Shown here: positions 56,092-64,000 of the stretch, in pieces | Layout of the letters: every line of letters begins with the position of its first letter | Numbering within the stretch: position 1 is the stretch's first letter | Origin: Candidatus Altimarinota bacterium | GTDB taxonomy: Bacteria > Patescibacteriota > Gracilibacteria > JBDHUY01 | DNA: 64,000 nucleotides | Assembly (NCBI GenBank): GCA_039809385.1 | Contig: JBDHUY010000007.1 | Span: 1 to 64,000, forward strand | Reading direction: 5' to 3' | Position numbers and translations under genes: made by a program | The notes under the pieces: generated by a model | Seen by the model: only the letters and a program-made list of their open reading frames with translations | What the model was told of the DNA's origin: nothing | Databases searched by the model: none

Positions 56092-57849
56092 ATGTTCTCC
56101 ATACCTAAAAAGCGCAAAGGAGCACTTATGGCTCTTTTTGCCGCTGTTGCGCTTAGCCTGCTTCCCGCCGGGGCCCTGCAGGTACACGGATCTTCCCACT
56201 ACGAAGCTCCGCTGACTTCTGGAATCTATCGTCCGTACGATATTTCCGACGTCTATTCTTTCCGCTGCCCGGACAACACCAACAGTATTTGTTTCGTTGT
56301 CGACGTTGCTCCGCTCCTCCAGCAGCCAGCCGGCGGACCGAATTTCTATCCGTTTTCCGACGATGCTCTGTACGATATCAAAATCGATAACAACGGAGAC
56401 GCCGTAGAAGACGTTACTTTCCGGTTTGACTTTAGCCGAAGCTACGCTATTAACAATACATTTCTGTATAACGTCGGACCGATCACGTCGCTGAACGATT
56501 CCGATCTGAATTTTCATCAGACCTATAATCTGGATATGATCAAGAATGGCGTAACGACTCGTATTCTTACGGGTGCTCCTGTTCCTCCACACAATATCGG
56601 CGATAACCATAACGGACTTGTATCAACTCAAAACTATGGCGCTCTATCGAGTGCCGCCATTCAGAGTGCTAACTTTAATGGAGCTATAGGCAAGGCTTTT
56701 GCCGGTCAGCGCGACGACCCCTTCTTCGTCGATCTGGGAGCGACCTTCGACCTTCTTCAGGAGCGTCCGCCTTTTTTCAACGCCAATACCGGCCGCGATG
56801 GAGTTGCGGGCTATAACGTAAACGTTTTGGCTCTCCAGGTACCTGCTACTGTCTTGACGAATAACGGAGCTGTTCCCAACGCCAATTCGGGGAACCATAT
56901 TATCGGTGTCTGGGCTACCACTTCGATTCCGCGCTTGATCGTTTCCAACCAGAATGCCAGCGCTCTGCCGGTAAAAACGCAATACCGCCAGGTTTCCCGT
57001 CTGGGACAGCCATTAGTCAACGAGGTCGTTATTCCGATACAGACAAACCTGAATGGTACGCTTATCGGTGTAAAAGACGCTTTTAACAGTCTCGAACCCA
57101 AAGACGATCTGGCCACCTTTAGCGCCGTATTCCCCACTCCGGTCAATCATCCAGTCCTCGATCCGGAAGTCGGTAAACTGCTTGCCGGTCTCTACAATAT
57201 CAATGTTCCTCCGCAGCCAAGCAGAAATTATAACAGTTCGGTCAGTGCCAACGTCAATGTAAACGGTACTGTTTATTGCCAGAATCTGACTAATAATTCC
57301 GGTCGTAGCGATTTACTTACGATCTTCCTGACCGGTATTCCCGGTATCAATCAGCCTGCTAGCGTCGCTCCTTCGGAAATGCTGCGTCTGAATATGACTA
57401 CTCCGGTCAGCAGCGCTTGTCCGATCGACGCTACCACGCATTCCGATCGCTGCCGCGCCGGTCTGCTGGGAGGTTTGGGCTTTGGCGATCTGGAAGGATA
57501 TCCCAACGGACGCCGTCTCTTTGACGACGTGACCGATATTTCTCTCCAGGCTGTAGCCGGTGCTGCTTACAATGTTATTCTCGGTGGCGGAGTCGCCAGC
57601 TGTATTACCCCGGATCCTTTGGCAGGTCAACTGGGAGACGCCGTTCCTCAGAACGATCGTCCGTTCATGGATACTTTCCCGTACGTAGCATTGCCTTTTG
57701 ACGGTTATAACAGCACCCCGGGTGAGATGATCACCTCCGTGGTACGTACCTTTGCTCTGGAATATCCCGTGCTCTCCGTGGTGGATCAACTGCCATCCGC
57801 AATGAGCAAAGTAAGTGATCTGCTGTCTCAGGTAGGCGCTCGCGGATAA
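56092..57849 (+). CDS. DUF4331 domain secreted protein
   Basis: SSHYEAP, DISDVYSF, FAGQRDDPFFVDLG, QVSRLGQPLVNE, GYPNGRR..DDV, FPY. Confidence 0.88.
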   Translation: MFSIPKKRKGALMALFAAVALSLLPAGALQVHGSSHYEAPLTSGIYRPYDISDVYSFRCPDNTNSICFVVDVAPLLQQPAGGPNFYPFSDDALYDIKIDNNGDAVEDVTFRFDFSRSYAINNTFLYNVGPITSLNDSDLNFHQTYNLDMIKNGVTTRILTGAPVPPHNIGDNHNGLVSTQNYGALSSAAIQSANFNGAIGKAFAGQRDDPFFVDLGATFDLLQERPPFFNANTGRDGVAGYNVNVLALQVPATVLTNNGAVPNANSGNHIIGVWATTSIPRLIVSNQNASALPVKTQYRQVSRLGQPLVNEVVIPIQTNLNGTLIGVKDAFNSLEPKDDLATFSAVFPTPVNHPVLDPEVGKLLAGLYNINVPPQPSRNYNSSVSANVNVNGTVYCQNLTNNSGRSDLLTIFLTGIPGINQPASVAPSEMLRLNMTTPVSSACPIDATTHSDRCRAGLLGGLGFGDLEGYPNGRRLFDDVTDISLQAVAGAAYNVILGGGVASCITPDPLAGQLGDAVPQNDRPFMDTFPYVALPFDGYNSTPGEMITSVVRTFALEYPVLSVVDQLPSAMSKVSDLLSQVGARG

Positions 57850-57875
57850 TTTCGGATTTGACTACGCTTTGAATG

Positions 57876-57908
57876 AAAAGGCGGTTTCCCTCGGGAATCG
57901 CCTTTTTT
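57876..57908 (+). terminator. Intrinsic terminator
   Basis: aaaaggcggtttccc-tc-gggaatcgcctttttt. Confidence 0.8.
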
Positions 57909-57998
57909 GTATCTTTTTCACTTCTGCTAACATTAAAAAAAACTAAACTTTGATAAAAAACGTATTGCTCTATTGCTTTTGGTTGTGGCGGTCTTAGA

Positions 57999-60900
57999 AT
58001 GAAAATTGAATTTTCGCGTATGACCTTTTTCAAAAGAATATTTCCGGTCTTGTTGTTGCCGATTTTATTGATCTCGTTTTTGGTATATCCTGCGCGTCTT
58101 TTACGAGCCTCTACCGCGCGCGTCGTTATTAACGAGATCATGTACAATCCGGTCGGGACCGATACCAATCGCGAGTGGATAGAACTCTATAATACTTCCA
58201 CCGACTCTGTGGATTTGACCGGCTGGAAATTTCTCGAATCGGGTGTGGCGCACGGCTTGCATGCTGTCCAGGGCGGAACGCTCTTGCCGGCTGAGGGCTA
58301 TGCCGTGGTAACCGGCAGCGGAGCTTTGTTTTTACAAGAGTACCCCACATTTTCGGGATTGCTTTTTGATACTTCTTTTTCACTGGTCAATACCGGTGAA
58401 CCCTTGACGATCAAAAACGACGAAGGCGGTGTGAGCGATACCCTTTCCTATACCAATCTTGCAGCTGACGGGAATGGAAAAACATGGGAACGGAACCTTC
58501 AAGACGCTTTGACGGAAAGTATTGTCATCGGCGGCACGCCCGGTCAGAGAAACAGCATAGTTCCGGTTCCCGCGGGTAACGCGAACCAGAATATCGATCA
58601 AGGTAACGCGAATATGTCCTCTCAAAATACCAACACTAACAGTCCTGAACCTAATACCAACGAGAATGATGGACAGGGGAACCACAACTCTAATGCCAAT
58701 ACTCCCGTTTCCGAGCCAATATTCAATGTGAATAGCAACGATTCTCCCCTTCCTGCGAACCAGAATGTTAATTTTTCTCTTCCCAATGCCAATAGTGATG
58801 GGGACACGAATCAAAACTCCCAGGAAAATGCCAATGTTTCTTTTGGGAACGACAATCAAAATTTTGCAAATTCTAATGCAAATATCTCTTCCAACCAGAA
58901 TGTCTCGATAACCCCTGTACTCACGCGCGGTACATTGCTTATCAACGAAATTCTCATACAACCCGAAAGCGGCGCTAAAGAGTGGATCGAGCTTTATAAT
59001 ACGAGCGGAGAACCGGTCGATCTCGCGCAGGTCACGCTGCGCGATAAGGGCGGTACTGCTAAAGTGCTCTCCGGAATCATCGAGGGAGAATCATACTTTG
59101 TTCTCGAACCTGCCCCTGTTTCGCTGAATAATGACGGCGATCAAATCTTTCTCGAAAATAAGATTTCCGGAACTCTCATCGATACGGTAGCGTATGGAAG
59201 CGGTACTTCCCTGATGCCTTCGGCTATAGGTAAAAGTCTGGGACGCTATCCGGATCATGCCGATTCGCAAGTGTCGTCAGCAGATTTTCACAGCTTCTCT
59301 ATCCCTACCAAAGGGATGCCCAATATAGTAAATAATGCTTCTCCCGTGGCCGTTATTACTCTGCAATCGCCTTTCAAAACTAGCGGAGTTGCCCCTTTTT
59401 CGCTCAACGCTACCGGAGAGGAAAGTTCCGACCCCGACCAGGATCCCCTTTCGTTTCGCTGGGAATTTGGCGACGGTACCGAAAATAACGAAGAAAATCC
59501 CGCTGCCAAGCGTTACGAAACTCCCGGGACGTATACGCTTCGTCTTACGGTTACCGATACCTGGGGAGAGAGCAATACCGCCGAACAGGTGGTAACGGTT
59601 TTCAGCAAATCGCCGTCGAATACCGGAAGCAGTACAGGGGCGTCGAGTTCTTCTTCCTCACCGGTCGCTACCGCCTGTACTCCCCGTGACACCAGCGGAA
59701 AAATCCGTATAACCGAAGTGCTCCCCAATCCTGTCGGGATCGATACGAATAACGAATTTATCGAAATCGCCAATCTGGATACCCGTTCGATCAATCTGTG
59801 CGGATGGCAAGTTGACGATGCCGAAGGAGGTAGTGCTCCGTATTCGATTTCTTACGATCTTGAGCTTGAACCGGGAGAATATCTGGCTTTATACGCGCAG
59901 CAGACCAAATTGTCGTTGGGCAATACGTCTGATGCGGTACGACTCTTCACTCCGCAAAAAATCGTAATCGATTCTGTAACCTACACCAATCCGCCCGAAG
60001 GCAAAAGCTGGTCTCTAAAAAGAGTACTGGCGCGCCATTCTTCCAGACTCGTGGCTTCCACCAACCTGCTGATCGGCATGGAAACGAACGATAATGGTAA
60101 CTCGGACTGGGAATGGGTAACTCCCAGTCCGGGACAGCCGACTCCCGTGTCGGTACAAATGTCCGTTTCGGACGGAGTTATCATTTCCGAGCTTTTTACC
60201 GACCCCGACGGTGCCGATGAGGAAGCTGAATTTATCGAATTACAGAATATCTCGGAGCATGAAATAGATCTTACCGGTTGGCAGCTCTCCGACGGATCGT
60301 CTAGTTATACCTTTCCGGAAGAAACTATTCTCGAGGCTCAGGCTCTGCGTGCTTTTTATCGTCCCGTGACCCACATTTCTCTCAATAATACAACAGATGC
60401 CATCGAACTGTTCAACCCCAATCACGAGGTTATCGACAAAATTATGTATGAAAAGTCCGAACCGGCCAAAAGTTTTAGTAGGTTTGTCAATGATCTATCC
60501 TATGTCCAAGATTCGGTCTGGGAATGGTCTCTCCCGACTCCGGACCTGCCCAATGTCAGAATCCCTCTCTCGGTAACTCCCGACCCTCCTGCGGGAACAT
60601 ACCGTGAACCGGTACGTGTCTCTTTTTCATCTAATAAAACCGGAACAAAAATATTCTATGCTTTTTCAGGTGATACTACTCCCGACGACTATTTCGAATA
60701 TACGACTCCTTTCCTGCTCGAAGCCAGTACCGAACTCTGGTTTTTCGGACTCACGAGCGAAAATGACCGTACGGGTTTGGTGATGGCGGAATATCGTATT
60801 GATCCGTCTCTTAGTGCAGGGACAGGGTCTCTTATTACCACTTTGGGGGATCTGGCGGTCAGCGAAATCTTTCCAGATCCCGGCGGTAAAGATGCCGGTC

Positions 60901-62075
60901 GGGAATGGATCGAAGTATATAACCGTTCCGATACTGCGGTTGATCTGAACAATTTTACTTTTACGAATAAAAAGAAACAGCGTTATACGGTTGATGATTC
61001 TTTGACTATCGAGCCGGGCCGATATGCTGCGGTTTTTATCGATTCCGAAAGCTTCTCGCTCACCAATACCGAAGATACGATAACCCTGCTGGATGCAGCC
61101 GGCGATGAGCTCGACCGCGTTCATTATCGGGACGTCCGTACCGATCGCAGCTTTGTTCGGGGAGAAGATTTTTCTCCCGAACTTTTTCCGAGCGATTTTC
61201 CAACTCCCGGTGAATCTAATATCCGGTTTGTTCTGATACCCCTCGAACAGGATCGCGACCGCGATCTCATTAAAGACGATCTGGAGCGGGAGCTGCGAAC
61301 CGATACGGCACGTTTTGACACCGACGGCGATCATATTGCCGACTTCTTTGAATTTCTAATAGGTTCCGATCCTCTGGTCAGTGATGCCGACGATGCCAAA
61401 ACTGACCGTTACGAGGAGTATTTGAAAAATTTTGTGACGCTTACCTCTTCCACGACGAAAAGCGGACTTTTTTTACAGGGAAAAAGTTTGCCGAATAGCT
61501 CTTTGCTGCTAAAAATCTTTTCCGCGCTTGAGCCGCAGGAAACTTTTACCATCAAGACCAGTGTAAAAAGTGACGGTACCTACAGTGCTAAACTGACACG
61601 CGCGTTGCCGTCAGGACTTTTCGATGTACAGGCGATTATTACCGATCCGGAGGGCGTGAAAAGCCACCAAAGTCGGGCGGTTTCGTTTGTGCTGGAAGAT
61701 GATTATGTTCCTCCTGTTGCCGCTACCAAGACCAAAGCCGCTTCCTCAAAAACGAAGCCTTCAACCGGGAATCAGAATACAAACGTAAACGGTCTTGCTT
61801 TAGGGAATGAAAATCAAAACTCGCCCCTGAACGGCAATGAAAACCTGAATACGAATGCTTCCCTCAACTTTTTGGAGGAAACTATGCTTATGGGTACTGA
61901 TCAGGAAAACGACAATACTAACGCCTCTGTGCAGACGGCGTTGGCGGCGGATCTGAAAACCGATTTACCCGATAGTTCCGGTATTCCCTTGTGGTACTGG
62001 ATTCTGGGGGGAGTGTTGCTGGCGGGGGGAGTAGGAGCGGTATTCTTCTGGTGGAAACCCGGTAAAGAATCATGA
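57999..62075 (+). CDS. Large surface protein: five lamin-tail domains, PKD, chitobiase-like and Ca-binding repeats, C-terminal TM anchor
   Basis: Five I(N/T/S)E...E(W/F)IE(L/I/V).N...DL..W-type repeats; WEFGDG PKD; DRDRD/DTDGD repeats; terminal hydrophobic helix; start may be 58020. Confidence 0.88.
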   Translation: MKIEFSRMTFFKRIFPVLLLPILLISFLVYPARLLRASTARVVINEIMYNPVGTDTNREWIELYNTSTDSVDLTGWKFLESGVAHGLHAVQGGTLLPAEGYAVVTGSGALFLQEYPTFSGLLFDTSFSLVNTGEPLTIKNDEGGVSDTLSYTNLAADGNGKTWERNLQDALTESIVIGGTPGQRNSIVPVPAGNANQNIDQGNANMSSQNTNTNSPEPNTNENDGQGNHNSNANTPVSEPIFNVNSNDSPLPANQNVNFSLPNANSDGDTNQNSQENANVSFGNDNQNFANSNANISSNQNVSITPVLTRGTLLINEILIQPESGAKEWIELYNTSGEPVDLAQVTLRDKGGTAKVLSGIIEGESYFVLEPAPVSLNNDGDQIFLENKISGTLIDTVAYGSGTSLMPSAIGKSLGRYPDHADSQVSSADFHSFSIPTKGMPNIVNNASPVAVITLQSPFKTSGVAPFSLNATGEESSDPDQDPLSFRWEFGDGTENNEENPAAKRYETPGTYTLRLTVTDTWGESNTAEQVVTVFSKSPSNTGSSTGASSSSSSPVATACTPRDTSGKIRITEVLPNPVGIDTNNEFIEIANLDTRSINLCGWQVDDAEGGSAPYSISYDLELEPGEYLALYAQQTKLSLGNTSDAVRLFTPQKIVIDSVTYTNPPEGKSWSLKRVLARHSSRLVASTNLLIGMETNDNGNSDWEWVTPSPGQPTPVSVQMSVSDGVIISELFTDPDGADEEAEFIELQNISEHEIDLTGWQLSDGSSSYTFPEETILEAQALRAFYRPVTHISLNNTTDAIELFNPNHEVIDKIMYEKSEPAKSFSRFVNDLSYVQDSVWEWSLPTPDLPNVRIPLSVTPDPPAGTYREPVRVSFSSNKTGTKIFYAFSGDTTPDDYFEYTTPFLLEASTELWFFGLTSENDRTGLVMAEYRIDPSLSAGTGSLITTLGDLAVSEIFPDPGGKDAGREWIEVYNRSDTAVDLNNFTFTNKKKQRYTVDDSLTIEPGRYAAVFIDSESFSLTNTEDTITLLDAAGDELDRVHYRDVRTDRSFVRGEDFSPELFPSDFPTPGESNIRFVLIPLEQDRDRDLIKDDLERELRTDTARFDTDGDHIADFFEFLIGSDPLVSDADDAKTDRYEEYLKNFVTLTSSTTKSGLFLQGKSLPNSSLLLKIFSALEPQETFTIKTSVKSDGTYSAKLTRALPSGLFDVQAIITDPEGVKSHQSRAVSFVLEDDYVPPVAATKTKAASSKTKPSTGNQNTNVNGLALGNENQNSPLNGNENLNTNASLNFLEETMLMGTDQENDNTNASVQTALAADLKTDLPDSSGIPLWYWILGGVLLAGGVGAVFFWWKPGKES

Positions 62076-62158
62076 ACTTAGAACGATCCGAGGGGGTAAC
62101 TGCCTTGATCTCATAGGTACATCGTGTATACTATAAGTACTTTATATAACGCTTTTTC

Positions 62159-62668
62159 ATGCCTACGACTACCGCAAAACCTGACTACGAGCGTGCCAAA
62201 AAGAAAGCCGAAGAACTTCTGGCGAATTTTAAAATCGAGGAACCGATCGTACCTGTTTTTGAAATTGCCAAGACACTTGGGCTAGAAGTCAAAATTGTAA
62301 GAATGCCAGAAAAATTGCTCAGCGTTTCTGGATTTATCGATATACCGCATAAGATTATTTATGTTAACTCGGATGATTCTCCTGCCAGAAGGCTCTTTAC
62401 TGTTGCGCATGAATTGGGGCATTATTTATTGAACCATAAGCCGGGGGAGATTGAGGTGCTGTTGAGACTCACGACGGTTGAAACGACTCCTATTGAGAAA
62501 GAGGCGAACTGTTTTGCGGCCAACCTTCTTGTTCCTGAAAAAAAATTGCTGAATGTCATGAATACCTATCATCTGACACGTAAGGAATCTGAAATTCTGG
62601 CAAAACTCTTTGGTGTATCAAATGAGGTCATCATTAATAGATTACATCATCTTTCATGGAAGAGATAA
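62159..62668 (+). CDS. ImmA/IrrE-family zinc metallopeptidase (no HTH)
   Basis: RRLFTVAHELGH, EKEANCFAANLLVP, LAKLFGVS. Confidence 0.9.
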   Translation: MPTTTAKPDYERAKKKAEELLANFKIEEPIVPVFEIAKTLGLEVKIVRMPEKLLSVSGFIDIPHKIIYVNSDDSPARRLFTVAHELGHYLLNHKPGEIEVLLRLTTVETTPIEKEANCFAANLLVPEKKLLNVMNTYHLTRKESEILAKLFGVSNEVIINRLHHLSWKR

Positions 62669-63024
62669 CTAGGCAGAGACCCGACCTTCAAGATGCGCTA
62701 TCTCTTATTGAGAATGTCAAACCTGTGGCAAGCCCTTCTCTGGAAGGGTCGAATCTTGAATTTGATAAAGCAAGAATCGAGCTTTTGATACGAGAAAAAG
62801 ATGAGATTATCAGAATGCGAAGAATGTGGTCCATAACTATACTTGTAGCCATTATTGGCATTACGGTCTTCGATATTATCGTTATAACTTTGTTGGGTAT
62901 TGGCCTTATGAGATTTTCCGAAGGTTATATCGTTCCGGCATTTATCGCAGAGAGTTTGCTAAAAACACTCGGTTTGGCTGCGATTGTAGTAAACTTTTTG
63001 TTTGATCATAAATCTTTGAGGTAA
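62656..63024 (+). CDS. Two-TM membrane protein overlapping the IrrE gene
   Basis: 13-nt overlap; about 55 aa soluble N-terminus, then two hydrophobic helices. Confidence 0.7.
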   Translation: MEEITRQRPDLQDALSLIENVKPVASPSLEGSNLEFDKARIELLIREKDEIIRMRRMWSITILVAIIGITVFDIIVITLLGIGLMRFSEGYIVPAFIAESLLKTLGLAAIVVNFLFDHKSLR

Positions 63025-63043
63025 TAGTGTTCATGCTTCGCCT

Positions 63044-63505
63044 ATGAACTCATTTGGCGCCTTTGCGATTATCTTTGACGATGCGGGACGAGTTCTTTTC
63101 GCTCGTCGTCGAGACTACGATTTGTGGAACCTGCCGGGCGGAGGCAGCGAAGAAGGCGAGGCGCCCGAGGAAACGGCAGTACGAGAAGTACGAGAGGAAG
63201 TCGGTTTAGAAGTGGAGATAGACAGACTCGTCAGTCGCGATTTCCATCGTAAAGAGCATAAACCGGTTTATACTTTTTTGTGTCGCATCATAAGGGGTGT
63301 TCCGGTCGAAACCGACGAATCGCGGGAGGTAAGGTATTTTACGTATACAGAAATTCCGCCCAATGCCGCTATTTCGCATGTCTGGCGCGTGCATAAGGTT
63401 TTGTCCAATATATCCGTAGCAGAGCCTCCTCCGCGCTCCTTTCCCTCTGCGATTGAACTTCTGCAACAGGGAGAGGCGGTGAACTGGCATCTCTACCTCG
63501 ATTGA
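63044..63505 (+). CDS. NUDIX hydrolase
   Basis: Nudix box GGSEEGEAPEETAVREVREEVG. Confidence 0.92.
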   Translation: MNSFGAFAIIFDDAGRVLFARRRDYDLWNLPGGGSEEGEAPEETAVREVREEVGLEVEIDRLVSRDFHRKEHKPVYTFLCRIIRGVPVETDESREVRYFTYTEIPPNAAISHVWRVHKVLSNISVAEPPPRSFPSAIELLQQGEAVNWHLYLD

Positions 63506-63609
63506 ATCTTTGTTTCCCTAAAGTCTTGTCCTATTCATTCTTTTCATAATCTCCTCTGGCTCAGGGACGAATCTTGGTTATAATAGGCACGATTCTTCCC
63601 TTTTTGCCC

Positions 63610-64000
63610 ATGCAAAGTCTTTCGGACCTGGTGTTTATCGGTGTCTATTCGATTCTCTCGTGTATTCTGGCGTTTATGCTGGCGCCTGCGTTTATCCGTC
63701 TTCTGCTCAAGTACCGGCTGGGTAAACAGCTGAGAGAACACGCGGTGGACGGTAAAGCGGCTACGATCTTTAATCAACTGCATGGCAAGAAGAAAGGGAC
63801 CCCGACGATGGGCGGAGTGCTGGTGTGGGGGACAACGCTTATGGTAGTGTTGTTATCGCGCATTGCTTCGGCACTTGACTGGATTCCTCAGTCCCTTCTG
63901 CAACGAAGTGAGACGTACTTACCGTTGGCAACATTGATCGCTACAGCGGTGCTGGGGTTGATCGACGATTTTTATAATATCCGGGGGGTTGGAAAAGCCA
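63610..64000 (+). CDS. mraY: Phospho-N-acetylmuramoyl-pentapeptide transferase, 5' part (runs off the window)
   Basis: My translation: MQSLSDL...HGKKKGTPTMGG...LGLIDD; absent from the ORF track because there is no stop in the window. Confidence 0.9.
   Translation, partial: MQSLSDLVFIGVYSILSCILAFMLAPAFIRLLLKYRLGKQLREHAVDGKAATIFNQLHGKKKGTPTMGGVLVWGTTLMVVLLSRIASALDWIPQSLLQRSETYLPLATLIATAVLGLIDDFYNIRGVGKA

Noticed and set aside
1-64000. Genetic code 25 (TGA=Gly) as in Gracilibacteria/Absconditabacteria
   Set aside because: Conserved genes are full length under code 11, and TGA ends pfkA, pgk, murD and pcrA at the expected positions.
1-64000. tRNA, rRNA, retron/DGR or prophage
   Set aside because: No cloverleaf/T-loop signature, reverse transcriptase, TR/VR pair or phage structural gene was recognised. 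This was a visual inspection only.

Overview
This 64 kb window of bacterial chromosome (genetic code 11) is most consistent with a Patescibacteria/CPR genome, Peregrinibacteria-like. That is an inference from the SLH-rich surface proteins, a stand-alone coupling-type ATPase and pyrimidine-rich starts without Shine-Dalgarno motifs. Core genes are pcrA, a stand-alone fusA, hup, clpP (with a CIRCE operator), recQ, typA, a partial mraY and a divergent glycolysis cluster (pgk-gap-tpiA / fba-lpdA-pfkA). Envelope genes include SLH-bearing S1 and S41 proteases, an M23 peptidase, an LCP protein, DUF2207, DUF4331 and a lamin-tail adhesin-like protein. Accessory content comprises two type II TA pairs, an islet with two Cys-rich bacteriocin-like precursors and an IS remnant, an AT-rich murD-like/GT/lyase-like/GT4 operon, and an IrrE/ImmA plus 2-TM gene pair. 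The strongest unexplained signal is a dispersed family of 7-nt-periodic inverted-repeat hairpin elements. They occupy every co-directional junction of the glycolysis cluster, one is triplicated in tandem upstream of clpP, and related 7-mer tracts are translated in frame inside PcrA. I recognised no rRNA, tRNA or CRISPR array. All calls are by eye, with no database searches.
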